From positions 96,001-160,000 of the forward strand of contig CAVSNY010000002.1 of assembly GCA_963729605.1 (NCBI GenBank): a stretch of DNA of 64,000 nt, in the 5' to 3' direction. Positions 54,269 to 64,000 of the stretch are shown in pieces. The stretch's first letter is position 1, and each line of letters opens with the position of its first letter. A model generated the notes under the pieces. It made no database searches and was not told where the DNA came from. It saw nothing but the letters and a program-made list of their open reading frames with translations. Made by a program: the position numbers and the translations under genes. Source of the stretch: an uncultured Gammaproteobacteria bacterium. GTDB lineage: Bacteria > Pseudomonadota > Gammaproteobacteria > DRLM01.

Positions 54269-55144
54269 TCAAGACCCGGAACGGCGCTTGTGTTCCATCA
54301 TGTCGTGGATGATGGGGGTGAGGATGATCTCCATCGCGAAGCCCATCTTGCTGCCCGGCACCACCAGGGTATTGGGACGCGACATCCACGAGTCGTGGAT
54401 CATCTGCATGTAATACGGGAAGTCGTGCTTCTTGGGATAGCGGAAGCGGATGACGATGAAGCTTTCGTCCGGGGTCGGGATGTCGCGGGCGATGAAGGGA
54501 TTCGAGGTGTCGACGATCGCCACCCGCTGGAAGTTGATGTCGGTGCGCGAGAACTGCGGGGTGATGTACTGCACGTAGTCCGGCATGCGGCGCAGGATGG
54601 TGTCGACGATGGCGTCGGCGGAATAGCCGCGCTCTTTGTTGTCGCGATGGATCTTCTGTATCCACTCCAAGTTGACGATGGGCACCACGCCGATCAATAA
54701 ATCCACCCATTGAGCGACGTCGATGCCGTCGGCCACCACGCCACCGTGCAGTCCTTCGTAAAACAGCAGATCGGAACCGGGCGCGATGGGTTCCCACGGC
54801 GTGAAGGTGCCGGGGGCGGCGTTGTGCAGCGCGGCTTCTTCGTCGTTGTGGATGTAATACCGTTTCTGGCCCGTGCCGGTTTCACCGTAGGTGCGGAACA
54901 ACTCTTCCAGTTTGTCGAAGACATTGGCCTCGGCGCCGAAGTGGCTGAGGGTGCGGCCCTCTTTGCGGGCCTTTTCGACGGCTTCGCGCATGGTGGCGCG
55001 GTCATAACGGTGAAAGCTGTCGCCTTCCACCACCGCGGCCTTCAAGCCTTCGCGGCGGAAGATGTGCTCGAAGGCGTTTTTCACCGTGGTGGTACCGGCG
55101 CCCGAAGATCCGGTGACGGCGATGACGGGGTGTTTCTTTGACAT
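54269..55144 (-). CDS. prk: Phosphoribulokinase
   Basis: HPVIAVTGSSGAGTT, EGDSFHRY, FYEGLHG, NLEWIQKIHRD, DTSNPFIAR. Confidence 0.95.
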   Translation of the reverse strand: MSKKHPVIAVTGSSGAGTTTVKNAFEHIFRREGLKAAVVEGDSFHRYDRATMREAVEKARKEGRTLSHFGAEANVFDKLEELFRTYGETGTGQKRYYIHNDEEAALHNAAPGTFTPWEPIAPGSDLLFYEGLHGGVVADGIDVAQWVDLLIGVVPIVNLEWIQKIHRDNKERGYSADAIVDTILRRMPDYVQYITPQFSRTDINFQRVAIVDTSNPFIARDIPTPDESFIVIRFRYPKKHDFPYYMQMIHDSWMSRPNTLVVPGSKMGFAMEIILTPIIHDMMEHKRRSGS

Positions 55145-55452
55145 AACGTGATCCCTCTTTAGTCTATAAATTAAAAATGAGATTAAGCCTTTTTATTGGA
55201 ATTCTGTTCTCGCGGCGCACGCGGCTGCTGCGGTGATTCGGGCGGGTTCGCGCGAGGAAACTTGTCAGGCCCGCGCGACCGGCGAAAGCGGCAAATTATA
55301 CTGAAGTTTGCCGTCTTGTGCGCGAGGCGGCGGCCGGGTGCGGCGGGGCGAGTGGAAAACGGGGGGACCACCGGGGTGCCCTGCTTGTAATTCCAGGGCC
55401 GGAATGCGATTATCGCCTTGTTTTTATTGAGCCGGGACGTGAGGGGACTTGC

Positions 55453-56055
55453 ATGTTGATGGCGCATAGGCAGGGCTGGACATGGGTGGCGTTGCTCGCG
55501 ATGCTGGGTCTGGGCGGTTGCGCTTCCATTTTTACTTCTTCTTGGGTGAGCGGTACCCAGGTGGATCGTAATCATCACCTGGTGAGCGCGTCCTCGGAGC
55601 CGTTGTTCGCCACGGTGTATTTCATCCGCCCGCAGACCGAAAGGGCCATGGGTTTTTCCGATAACGCCCTCACGGTCAAGGTGGACGGCCGCAAGTTGAT
55701 GACCCTTGAAAAGGGCGATTACACGCTGGTGTACATGCGGCCGCGGCTGAATACCACGGTGACCTTGGAGAATCGCACCGAGGTGGGGCCGACCAAGAGT
55801 TCGAACACCATGAGCGACGCCGATACCCCCAATTGGGTGCAGCGCGGTACCTGGCCCACCAAGATCATCGCCAAGAATTATCACTTTGATTTTGCCGCCG
55901 GCCAGAGTTATTTCCTGGTGCTGGAACCGGAAGACGGCGAATTCCGCGGGGTGCATTTCGTGGCCAAGAATGTCGATCTCTTTACCGCCAAGGAACAAAC
56001 CCGGCCTTTGCGGGCGGTGGGTTTGGCCGCCAATCAACCACTCGCCAATCTGTAA
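55453..56055 (+). CDS. Hypothetical lipoprotein (DUF2846-like)
   Basis: Lipobox LGGC; ATVYFIRP..VKVDG..L.KGDY..AGQSYFL pattern. Confidence 0.6.
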   Translation: MLMAHRQGWTWVALLAMLGLGGCASIFTSSWVSGTQVDRNHHLVSASSEPLFATVYFIRPQTERAMGFSDNALTVKVDGRKLMTLEKGDYTLVYMRPRLNTTVTLENRTEVGPTKSSNTMSDADTPNWVQRGTWPTKIIAKNYHFDFAAGQSYFLVLEPEDGEFRGVHFVAKNVDLFTAKEQTRPLRAVGLAANQPLANL

Positions 56056-56421
56056 GCCGCCGGTGTGAGGTCGAAGCCGCCGGTCCGCGCGAGGGCGGTT
56101 GGCGGTGACGTTGCAGGTCGCGTGATTAAATTCCGCTCAAGCTCCGCATCGACTCCGCCATTTCCCTTTGCCGAATACACGCCGCGTTGTATCCATGGTG
56201 GCCGCGGGGAGACCTTGCGTTCCTTTGATCGTGAGCGGTCGGCCGGGCGCCGAGTTCACGGAGGAAAAATAAAAATTTCGCGTCTTGCCGAAGTCACCCA
56301 ACGGGTGAGGCCGCCTAATGCCGCGGCATCCTGAGTCTCCGTGTCCTCCGTGCTTGGCATGCGGTTTTTAGATTGATACCGCTCGACGAGATTGGCTGAT
56401 GGGGCCGGCGGCGATGACGGG

Positions 56422-57120
56422 CTACGCGGTCTTTTTGCTGTGCAAGCCGCATTCTTTCGATTCCGGATTCTCCCACCACCAACGGCCGGCGCGGATGTCT
56501 TCGCCCACGGCGATGGCGCGGGTGCAGGGCGCGCAGCCGATGCTGGGATAGTGCCGGTCGTGGAGGGCGTTGTACGGCACGTTGAAATGGCGGATGTAGT
56601 CCCACACGTCGTGGTGGGTCCAGTCGATCAGCGGGTTGAATTTTTGCAGGCCGTTGCCGGCGTCCCACTCGGAGACGCCGAGGTCGGTGCGGGTGGGGGC
56701 CTGTTCGCGGCGCAGGCCGGTGATCCAGGATTTTTTACCTTGCAACGCGCGCTGCAGGGGTTCCACTTTGCGCATGTGGCAGCAGCTCTTGCGCAGCTCG
56801 ACGCTCTCGTAAAAGGCGTTCGGGCCGTGTGCGGCGATGTACTGTTCGACCGCCTCGTGCCTGGGAAAATACGGCGTGAAACGTCGGCCGTAACGGGCCA
56901 TGGCCGTCTGCATCAAGTCGTAGGTTTCCGCCGGCAGGCGGCCGGTGTCGAGCGTGAAGATTTCGATGGCGGGCGCGTGTTGGCAGATGAGGTCGGTGAG
57001 CAGCATGTCTTCGGCGCCGAAGCTGTTGGCGAAGGTCGCCGGCGCGTGCTCGGTGGCGATGGTGCGCAGCACCGCGACCGCCGCGTCGATTTTATCCTGT
57101 AAATCCGGGCGCAAACTCAT
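56422..57120 (-). CDS. cysH: Adenylyl-sulfate (APS) reductase, CysH family, 4Fe-4S type
   Basis: LDTG, CCHMRKVEPL, TGLRREQ, SIGCAPCT, ECGLH. Confidence 0.93.
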   Translation of the reverse strand: MSLRPDLQDKIDAAVAVLRTIATEHAPATFANSFGAEDMLLTDLICQHAPAIEIFTLDTGRLPAETYDLMQTAMARYGRRFTPYFPRHEAVEQYIAAHGPNAFYESVELRKSCCHMRKVEPLQRALQGKKSWITGLRREQAPTRTDLGVSEWDAGNGLQKFNPLIDWTHHDVWDYIRHFNVPYNALHDRHYPSIGCAPCTRAIAVGEDIRAGRWWWENPESKECGLHSKKTA

Positions 57121-57139
57121 CTCAACACTCTCCACTTAA

Positions 57140-57296
57140 GTGAGCCTCTGATTTTATTCGGGGGTTCCCTGCGGCACATGGATGTGTCGCCATTTTCAAT
57201 GGCAATCGGCCATTGAAATGAAGGAAAGCGAAAATCCCATGTTTCGCTTTCCTTGTCCCGGAAAATTCCAGGATGGAATTCTTCGGGGCCTCTTGA
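57140..57296. repeat. Dispersed structured element copy B (four hairpins)
   Basis: GCGGCAC-ATGGAT-GTGTCGC; TTTCAATGGC..GCCATTGAAA; AAGGAAAGCGAAA..TTTCGCTTTCCTT; AATTCC-AGGAT-GGAATT; homologous to 35137-35251. Confidence 0.65.
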
Positions 57297-57417
57297 GAAC
57301 CGCCGCCCCCGCAGTGGCCGGCGCTCCCGACGCGGGAAACGCGGCGAGGCGGTATTCTCGCCGATGCCGAGCCGCGTCAATGCGGCAGCCCACCGCCGCT
57401 CGGATGTCCGCGCCGCT

Positions 57418-59733
57418 TCAGCCCACCGACGCGTTCACCTCGTCGGCCGCTTTGCGGACCTTGATGCGGGTGGCGGTGCCTTGTTCCTCGAAGCTGACGA
57501 TCTCGTGGCCGTCGCTCTTGAGGCTGGAACGCACTTGCAGCGAAGGATCGCCGGACACGAACAGGAACTCCACTTCATCGCCGGCGCCGAACTTGCGCAG
57601 TTCGTTGCGGGCCTTGATGTAGTGCAGCGGGCAGCCGTAGCCGGTGAGGTCGATCACCGCCGCGGCGTTTTTCTTGGCGGCCGCGATGTTGGCGGGCAAC
57701 GACGCCGACAGGTCCAATTGGCGGTCGATGGTTTGGCAGGTCTCCGCCGCGGCGACCATCCACTCGTCCATGGCCCGCGAGAATTTGGCGAAGCTGTCGA
57801 CATCGGCCTCGTCGCGCTGGATTTTCAACTCGGCGTTGAATTGCTCCAATTGATCGGCGAGGGTCGCGCTTTGCGGCAGGTGCGCGCGGATCGCGGCGGC
57901 GATCTCGTTGAGGTCGGTGAGGGCCTTTTGCCCGGCGAGGAACAGCAGGGACTGGCCGATCAGGCGCAATGTGTGCTCGGCGCACTCGGCCGCTTCTTCG
58001 TATTTGCGTTGCAGGCCGAAGGCGTTGCGGTAGCTGCGTTCGTGGGCGGCCTCGGCGAAGTTGGAGGAGACCAGTTCCTGGGCCGCGCCGGCGCATTCGC
58101 CGCCGCCCAATTGCAGCACTTTGAACGAATCGGCCTCGCCGTGATCGCGGGCGACGCTCGCCAGTTCACTTTCCGCCACCGAGCACAACTCGGCCAGCAG
58201 GGTGTTGAAATAACCGGCCGGCTGGCGATGGGTCCACTGGAAGAAGCTCTCGTCGTTTTGGCGCGACGCGGCATAGGTGTCTTGCACCCGTTTCACCGCG
58301 CTTTCGATGCGGGCCGCCGGGACGGTCGGGCCCTTGATGGCCAAGGCGCCGCCGCCGCGGCCGTCGCCGCCGAAATAGGTTTGATAGTGCGGGATCAGTT
58401 TGCCGTGCAGACGCTTGCCTTCGCCGTAAATGCCGATGTCGCCGGTCTCCGGCTGGGCGCAGCCGTTGTGGCAACCGCTGGCGCGGATGCGCAGGTCGTG
58501 GACGCCACCATCGAGTTTGAGTCCGATGGTCTTCGACGAGGTGATGCCCAGGCGGCAGGTGGACGTGCCGGGGCAGGCCACCACATTGTCGCCGGTGACG
58601 GGTTCGCCGAGGCCGAGCGCGGTGACGGCGCTGCGCACCCGCGCGATCTGGGCGGTGGGCACATTGATCAGCATCAATTTTTGATCTTGCGTGGCGCGGA
58701 TCTCCGCGAGTCCCAACTCCTGCATGAGGGCGGCGAGGCCGCGCAGTTGCGGCGAGTTGATGTCGCCGATCGGCACGCTGATCGGAAAGACATGGAGGCC
58801 CGCTTGTTTCTGCGGGAACACGCGGCGCGGCGCGCCGGCGGTGGGGATTTCGCCAGTGGTGGCGCCGGCGGCCCACTGGCCTTGCGGATAGGGCTGGCCT
58901 TCATAGGCGGTGCGGGTGCGCGCCAGTTCTTCGCGGTATTTTTCCACGAAGCCTTCCGGGCCGAATTTGTCGACCAGGAATTTGATGCGGGCCTTGGCGC
59001 GGCGCTTGCGGTCGGAGTAACGGTTGTGCAGGGAGATCAGCGCCTCCATGCAGGGCAGCAGCTCGTTTTCCTCGACGAATTCTTCCACGGTGATGGCGTG
59101 GTGCGGCTTATGGCCGAGGCCGCCGCCCGCGAGGATTTTGAAACCGAAGCGGCCGTTTTTATTCACGGCGACCACGCCGAGGTCGTGCATCAGGCCCTGC
59201 GCGCAATCGGTCTCGCAGGCGGAGAAGCTCATCTTGAATTTACGCGGCAAATGCTGAGTCAGCGGATGGCGCAGGAAACGGTTGACCGCCGCTTCCATAT
59301 GAGTGGTGACGTCGGTGTGCTGACGGGGGCACATGCCGGTCAACGGGCAGGCGGTGACGTTGCGTACGGTGTTGCCGCAGGCCTCGCGGGTGGTGAGCCC
59401 GGCCGCGCCGAGACGGCGCATGGCGGCGGCGGTGTCCTTGGTGGGCACGTAGTGGACTTGGATGTCCTGGCGGGTGGTGATGTGCACCACGTCGTGCTGG
59501 GCGTATTGATCGAGGATGTCGGCGATCGCCACCATCTGTTCCGCGTCGAGGGCGCCGCCGGGGAGTTTGACGCGGATCATGTGCACGCCGTCCTGGCGTT
59601 GGCCGTAGATGCCGTGTTGCAGGCGGAAGGCCATGAAGCGGTCCGGGTCCATCTGGCCGCCGACGAAGGCCTGCACGCCCTCTTCGTAACGGTCGATCTC
59701 TTCGTGGTTGACCAGATTTCTAACAATACTCAT
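57418..59733 (-). CDS. Ferredoxin-type siroheme sulfite/nitrite reductase with a C-terminal TusA/SirA domain
   Basis: RLQHGIYGQRQ, HITTRQDIQ, LPRKFK, ACPGTSTC and SGCHNGC (siroheme/4Fe-4S), C-terminal IDLTGYGCPLHYIKAR. Confidence 0.88.
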   Translation of the reverse strand: MSIVRNLVNHEEIDRYEEGVQAFVGGQMDPDRFMAFRLQHGIYGQRQDGVHMIRVKLPGGALDAEQMVAIADILDQYAQHDVVHITTRQDIQVHYVPTKDTAAAMRRLGAAGLTTREACGNTVRNVTACPLTGMCPRQHTDVTTHMEAAVNRFLRHPLTQHLPRKFKMSFSACETDCAQGLMHDLGVVAVNKNGRFGFKILAGGGLGHKPHHAITVEEFVEENELLPCMEALISLHNRYSDRKRRAKARIKFLVDKFGPEGFVEKYREELARTRTAYEGQPYPQGQWAAGATTGEIPTAGAPRRVFPQKQAGLHVFPISVPIGDINSPQLRGLAALMQELGLAEIRATQDQKLMLINVPTAQIARVRSAVTALGLGEPVTGDNVVACPGTSTCRLGITSSKTIGLKLDGGVHDLRIRASGCHNGCAQPETGDIGIYGEGKRLHGKLIPHYQTYFGGDGRGGGALAIKGPTVPAARIESAVKRVQDTYAASRQNDESFFQWTHRQPAGYFNTLLAELCSVAESELASVARDHGEADSFKVLQLGGGECAGAAQELVSSNFAEAAHERSYRNAFGLQRKYEEAAECAEHTLRLIGQSLLFLAGQKALTDLNEIAAAIRAHLPQSATLADQLEQFNAELKIQRDEADVDSFAKFSRAMDEWMVAAAETCQTIDRQLDLSASLPANIAAAKKNAAAVIDLTGYGCPLHYIKARNELRKFGAGDEVEFLFVSGDPSLQVRSSLKSDGHEIVSFEEQGTATRIKVRKAADEVNASVG

Positions 59734-59790
59734 CGCAATACACTCCCGCGCTATTCGATATATTGAGCGCTACCTGTCTATGGGCACTAC

Positions 59791-60580
59791 CTACCAAACG
59801 AATTTTACCCCGATTAGCATGAGCATGCTTGCCAAAATGGGGCGCATTACCTTTTCCGGCACATGGTGGCTCAGCCGGCTGCCGAGATAAATACCCGGCA
59901 AGGAGCCGGGCAGCAAACTGCCCAGCAGTACAAAATCCACGGTTCCCATGTGGAGGTGACCCAGGCCGGCCACCGCGGTGAGCGGCACGGCATGGGCGAT
60001 GTCCGTGCCCACGATCCGTACGGTCGGCAGGCCTGGATCCAGAAAAAACAATATCGCCGCACCGAGGGCGCCGGCACCCACCGAGGTCAGCGTGACCAAT
60101 ATGCCTAACACCACACCGGCGGCAATCGTGATCGCCTCGCGCCACCGTTTCCATGCCGATAATTTTTGGCTGCTCAGGCGTTGCCCCAATTGCTGAAATT
60201 CGCCCTTGAAAAGCAAGGCGATGGAAGTCAGGATCAGGGCAAGACCCAGGGCGGTGGTAATAATAGTGTTTAGCCGTTCATTATGCACGCCTATTTGCTG
60301 TACCCCGTACGTGGTCAGCAGAGAGGCGGGAACGCTCCCCGCCGCCAATAAGCCCACGATCCGCCATTCTATGGTCTTCAGGCGGGAATGAATCCATACC
60401 CCGCCGGACTTGGTGATGGCGGCGAACAAGAGGTCGGTGCCCGCGGCCTTGACCGGCGGGATGCCAAACACGAATACCAGCAGAGGCGTCATGAGCGAAC
60501 CGCCGCCGACCCCCGGTGAGGCCTGCTAAGGCTCCGACTAATAATCTTGAAAGCGTGTCGCCCAATCCATAAAACTCCAT
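59791..60580 (-). pseudogene. TauE/SafE-family sulfite exporter with a +1 frameshift near the 5' end
   Basis: N-terminus (60580) LVGALAGLTG joins GGGSLMTPLL only if one C of the C5 run at 60510-60514 is removed; body has GTDLLFAAITK, TSVGAGALG, GTDIAHAVPL. Confidence 0.75.
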
Positions 60581-60717
60581 GCCGAATCGCGGTCGTGCAG
60601 CCCCGCCACCGCGAATTTCGCGGGGGCTTAAGCCTGGGGGTGGCTACTCTAACAAGCCTTGTATATCGTGAAAAATAATATAATATTCTAAAAATATCTT
60701 TTTGAGTTATATGAATT

Positions 60718-61641
60718 ATGAAGCTACAGCAATTGCGCTTCGTGCGGGAGGTGGTTCGCCGCGGTTTCAACGTTTCCACCGCCGCCGAGGCGCTCCATAC
60801 CGCCCAACCCGGGGTGAGTAATCAAATCCAGCTTCTGGAGCAGGAATTGGGCGTGCAAATTTTTGAGCGCAAGGGCAAACGTTTGACCGGTTTGACCCGG
60901 CCCGGGCAGGTGATCGTCGAGATGATAGATCGAGTACTGCGCGAGTCGGATAACATCAAACGGGCGGGGGCGGAATTTTCGAGTGAGGGCAATGGCACCT
61001 TGTCGATCGCCACTACCCATACCCAGGCCCGCTACGCCTTGCCGCCGGTGATCAAACGTTTCACCGAGCGTTTTCCCGCGGTGCGCCTGGACATTCATCA
61101 AGGTAATCCGACTCAGGTATCCGAGATGGCGGTGGCGGGGGTGGTGGATATCGCCATCGCCACCGAGGCGATCGACTTGTTTCCCCAGCTAGTGGTGTTG
61201 CCCTGTTACGAGTGGAATCGCTGCGTGGTCGCGCCGCCCGGCCATCCGATCCTGAATGAGCAGCCGCTCACCTTGGAGGCGATCGCCCAGTACCCCATCG
61301 TTACCTATGATTTCGCCTTCGCGGGGCGCTCCAAGATCAACAAGGCCTTCGAGGCGCGGGGTCTGCAACCCAACGTGGTGTTGACCGCCATCGACTCCGA
61401 CGTGATCAAGACTTACGTGGAGCTGGGCTTAGGAATTGGCGTGTTGGCGAAAATGGCCTTCGATCCGGAGCGTGACCGTAATCTGCGCATGCTCGACGCC
61501 TCTCATCTGTTCGAACCCAGCACCACCCGCATCGGCATCCGCCGCGGCGCCTATCTGCGCGGCTATGTGTATACCTTCATCGAGTTGTTCGCCCCCCACC
61601 TCAGCCGCGCCGTCGTGGCGGCGGCCATGGCCGAGACCTAA
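60718..61641 (+). CDS. cysB: CysB/Cbl-family LysR regulator
   Basis: MKLQQLR, IATTHTQARYALP, HQGNP, DSDVIKTYVELGLG. Confidence 0.92.
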   Translation: MKLQQLRFVREVVRRGFNVSTAAEALHTAQPGVSNQIQLLEQELGVQIFERKGKRLTGLTRPGQVIVEMIDRVLRESDNIKRAGAEFSSEGNGTLSIATTHTQARYALPPVIKRFTERFPAVRLDIHQGNPTQVSEMAVAGVVDIAIATEAIDLFPQLVVLPCYEWNRCVVAPPGHPILNEQPLTLEAIAQYPIVTYDFAFAGRSKINKAFEARGLQPNVVLTAIDSDVIKTYVELGLGIGVLAKMAFDPERDRNLRMLDASHLFEPSTTRIGIRRGAYLRGYVYTFIELFAPHLSRAVVAAAMAET

Positions 61642-61850
61642 TGCGGGTCTGATATAACCGCCGACTATATTTTCAGGCGTATCCCCTTTCTTCAAGACGC
61701 CGGTGGACTGGCGGCAGGGGATGATTGCGTGATCGTACTCGCGCACCGATCACGAGCTAGGGCAGGAAAAATTTCCGAAGGGCTATAAAGAAGTGAAGCC
61801 GTGTCCGCGCAAGGCATCGCGGCCTGACGGATAAGTTGGCGATGTGTTGG

Positions 61851-61883
61851 AATGACGAAAGGCGCAATCGCCCTTTCGTCATT
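61851..61883. terminator. Hairpin terminator between convergent cysB and topA
   Basis: AATGACGAAAGG..CCTTTCGTCATT. Confidence 0.75.
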
Positions 61884-61891
61884 TATGCGCT

Positions 61892-64000
61892 TCAGGAGGA
61901 CGGCGGTTCAGGCGCCAATTCCGGCGCGGGCGCGCTGTAGCCGCATTCTTTTTGCGGACAGACCTTTTCCGTGCCGCGCCGTTTGGTGGTCTTCAAGGTC
62001 AGGAACGGCCAGCTGCATTTCGGGCAGGCCTCGGCGATGGGTTCGTTCCACACCGCGTATTTGCAATCCGGATAACGCGAGCAGGAATAGAAAATTTTTC
62101 CGTAACGCGATTTGCGTTTCAACAGATTGCCCTGATGGCATTCCGGACAAACGACTTGCGTGTCGGCCGGTTTTTCCAGCGGTTCGATGTATTTGCACTT
62201 CGGGTAATTGCTGCAGCCGATGAACTTGCCGTAACGGCCCTGGCGGATGATCAGATCCGATTCGCACTGCGGGCAGTTGCGGCCTTCCACTTTTTCGGGG
62301 GCTTCCGGTTCCTTGTCGTCGCCGAGGCCGCGGGTGTAGTCGCATTCCGGATAACCGGTGCAGCCGACGAAACGGCCGCGCCGGCCCAGGCGGGTGGCGA
62401 GCGGTTTGCCGCATTTGGGGCAGGCCTCGTCCATCGCCTCTTGCGTCACATCCTTGCGCGCGACGTTTTGTTCGGTGTCATCCACCCGGTCTTTGAAGGG
62501 CTGCCAAAACGCGCGCAGCAGCGGCACCCACTCGCCTTCGCCGCGCGACACCGCGTCCAGGTCGTCTTCCAGCTTGGCGGTGAAATCGTAATCGACGTAT
62601 TGCGTGAAATAACCGGTGAGGAATTTATTCACCACCCGCGCCACGTCGGTGGGAATGAAGCGGCGCTTGTCCATGGTGACGTATTCGCGCGCCTGCAAGG
62701 TGGAGATGATCGCCGCATACGTCGACGGCCGGCCGATGCCATGTTCTTCCAGTGCTTTCACTAGGCTTGCTTCCGAATAACGCGGCGGCGGTTCGGTGAA
62801 GTGCTGTTCGGGACGGATTTGATTGAGCTTGATCTGCGCACCTTCGGTCAGCGGCGGCAGCAGGCGATTGTCGTCATCGCCCTTGCCGTCGTCCACGCCT
62901 TCTTCATACACGGCGAGGAAACCGGGATTGGTGACCGTGGAGCCGGTGGCGCGGAAAATATTGCCCTCGCCCGCGCTGAGGTCGGCGCTCACCGTGTCGA
63001 TGGTGGCGTGGATCATCTGGCAGGCGACGGTGCGTTTCCAGATCAATTCGTAGAGCTTGAGCTGGTCGGCGGAAAGATGGGCTTTCAACGAATCCGGCGT
63101 TTGCGCCGCCACGGTGGGACGCACGGCCTCGTGGGCCTCTTGCGCGTTCTTCGATTTGGTTTTGTAGGTGTTGGGCGTCGCCGGCAGATTGTCGGCGCCG
63201 TAACGTTGGGTGATGAGTTCGCGGATCTCGTTCACCGCTTCTTGCGCCAGATTCACCGAGTCGGTACGCATGTAGGTGATCAAACCCACCGTGCTGCCGC
63301 CGATGTCGATACCTTCGTACAATTGCTGGGCGATGCGCATGGTGCGCAAGGTCGTGAAACCCAGTTTGCGCGCGGCCTCCTGTTGCAGGGTGGACGTGGT
63401 GAACGGCGGCGCCGGATTGCGCTTGCGCTGCTTCTTTTCCACTTTGGCGACGACGAGTTTGCCGCCCGCCGCCTTGCTGAGCGCTTGCTCCGCGGCGCGG
63501 GCCTCGGCCTCGTTGTCGATGCTGAACTGGGTGAGCTTGTTGCCCTGGTAATGGCTGAGTTTGGCGGTGAAGGTCTCTTTCGCTTTACCGAGGTCGGCCT
63601 CGATGGTCCAGTATTCGCGGGCCTGGAATTTTTCGATTTCTTCCTCGCGCTCGACGATCATCCGCAAGGCGGGACTCTGCACCCGCCCCGCCGACAGGCC
63701 GGGCCGGACTTTCTTCCACAGCAGCGGCGAGAGGTTGAAACCGACCAGATAATCCAGCGCGCGTCGCGCCTGCTGGGCGTTGACCAAATCCATGGACACG
63801 TCGCGCGGGTGTTGCACCGCCTCTTGAATGGCGCGTTCGGTGATTTCGTGGAAGACCACCCGGCGGACTTGTTTGTCGCCCAGCAGTTTTTTCTCTCGCA
63901 GCAACTCGCACAAATGCCAGGAGATGGCCTCGCCTTCGCGATCCGGGTCGGTGGCGAGATAGAGCGTTTCGGCCTTGCCCATTTCCTTGGCGATGGCGGC
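61892..64000 (-). CDS. topA: DNA topoisomerase I (5' end lies beyond the window)
   Basis: LATDPDREGEAI, SAGRVQS, ITYMRTDS, GIGRPSTY, C-terminal zinc ribbons. Confidence 0.97.
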   Translation of the reverse strand, partial: AAIAKEMGKAETLYLATDPDREGEAISWHLCELLREKKLLGDKQVRRVVFHEITERAIQEAVQHPRDVSMDLVNAQQARRALDYLVGFNLSPLLWKKVRPGLSAGRVQSPALRMIVEREEEIEKFQAREYWTIEADLGKAKETFTAKLSHYQGNKLTQFSIDNEAEARAAEQALSKAAGGKLVVAKVEKKQRKRNPAPPFTTSTLQQEAARKLGFTTLRTMRIAQQLYEGIDIGGSTVGLITYMRTDSVNLAQEAVNEIRELITQRYGADNLPATPNTYKTKSKNAQEAHEAVRPTVAAQTPDSLKAHLSADQLKLYELIWKRTVACQMIHATIDTVSADLSAGEGNIFRATGSTVTNPGFLAVYEEGVDDGKGDDDNRLLPPLTEGAQIKLNQIRPEQHFTEPPPRYSEASLVKALEEHGIGRPSTYAAIISTLQAREYVTMDKRRFIPTDVARVVNKFLTGYFTQYVDYDFTAKLEDDLDAVSRGEGEWVPLLRAFWQPFKDRVDDTEQNVARKDVTQEAMDEACPKCGKPLATRLGRRGRFVGCTGYPECDYTRGLGDDKEPEAPEKVEGRNCPQCESDLIIRQGRYGKFIGCSNYPKCKYIEPLEKPADTQVVCPECHQGNLLKRKSRYGKIFYSCSRYPDCKYAVWNEPIAEACPKCSWPFLTLKTTKRRGTEKVCPQKECGYSAPAPELAPEPPSS

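Overview
GC-rich gammaproteobacterial chromosome segment made mostly of core genes. These are SPOR/argS/priA, hemJ, a DUF3683-type FAD/Fe-S oxidoreductase, rpiA/ilvA, a histone-H1-like protein, the zapA-6S RNA-ygfA and ygfB-pepP-ubiH-ubiI loci, a Fur-boxed Fe(III) ABC pair, prk, a cysB-tauE-sulfite reductase-cysH cluster and partial topA. A glycine-riboswitch-led lipA-gcvTHPA-tpx-gcvPB operon is interrupted by a BglII/BstYI-like nuclease and an MT-A70 methyltransferase. The most notable items are: (1) an Agl/Glt (Myxococcus gliding-motor)-like envelope machine of unknown function at 43.3-53.2 kb, with a 1536-aa apparently fused TPR protein and two ExbD-like subunits, one lacking the canonical Asp; (2) a DARS-like DnaA-box cluster upstream of priA; (3) a structured intergenic element present twice (about 35.1 and 57.2 kb) with covarying stems and GGA loops resembling CsrA sites; (4) a sulfite reductase-TusA fusion beside a frameshifted tauE; (5) a Kelch-propeller/OB-fold fusion. 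All family calls come from motif recognition by eye. No searches were run.
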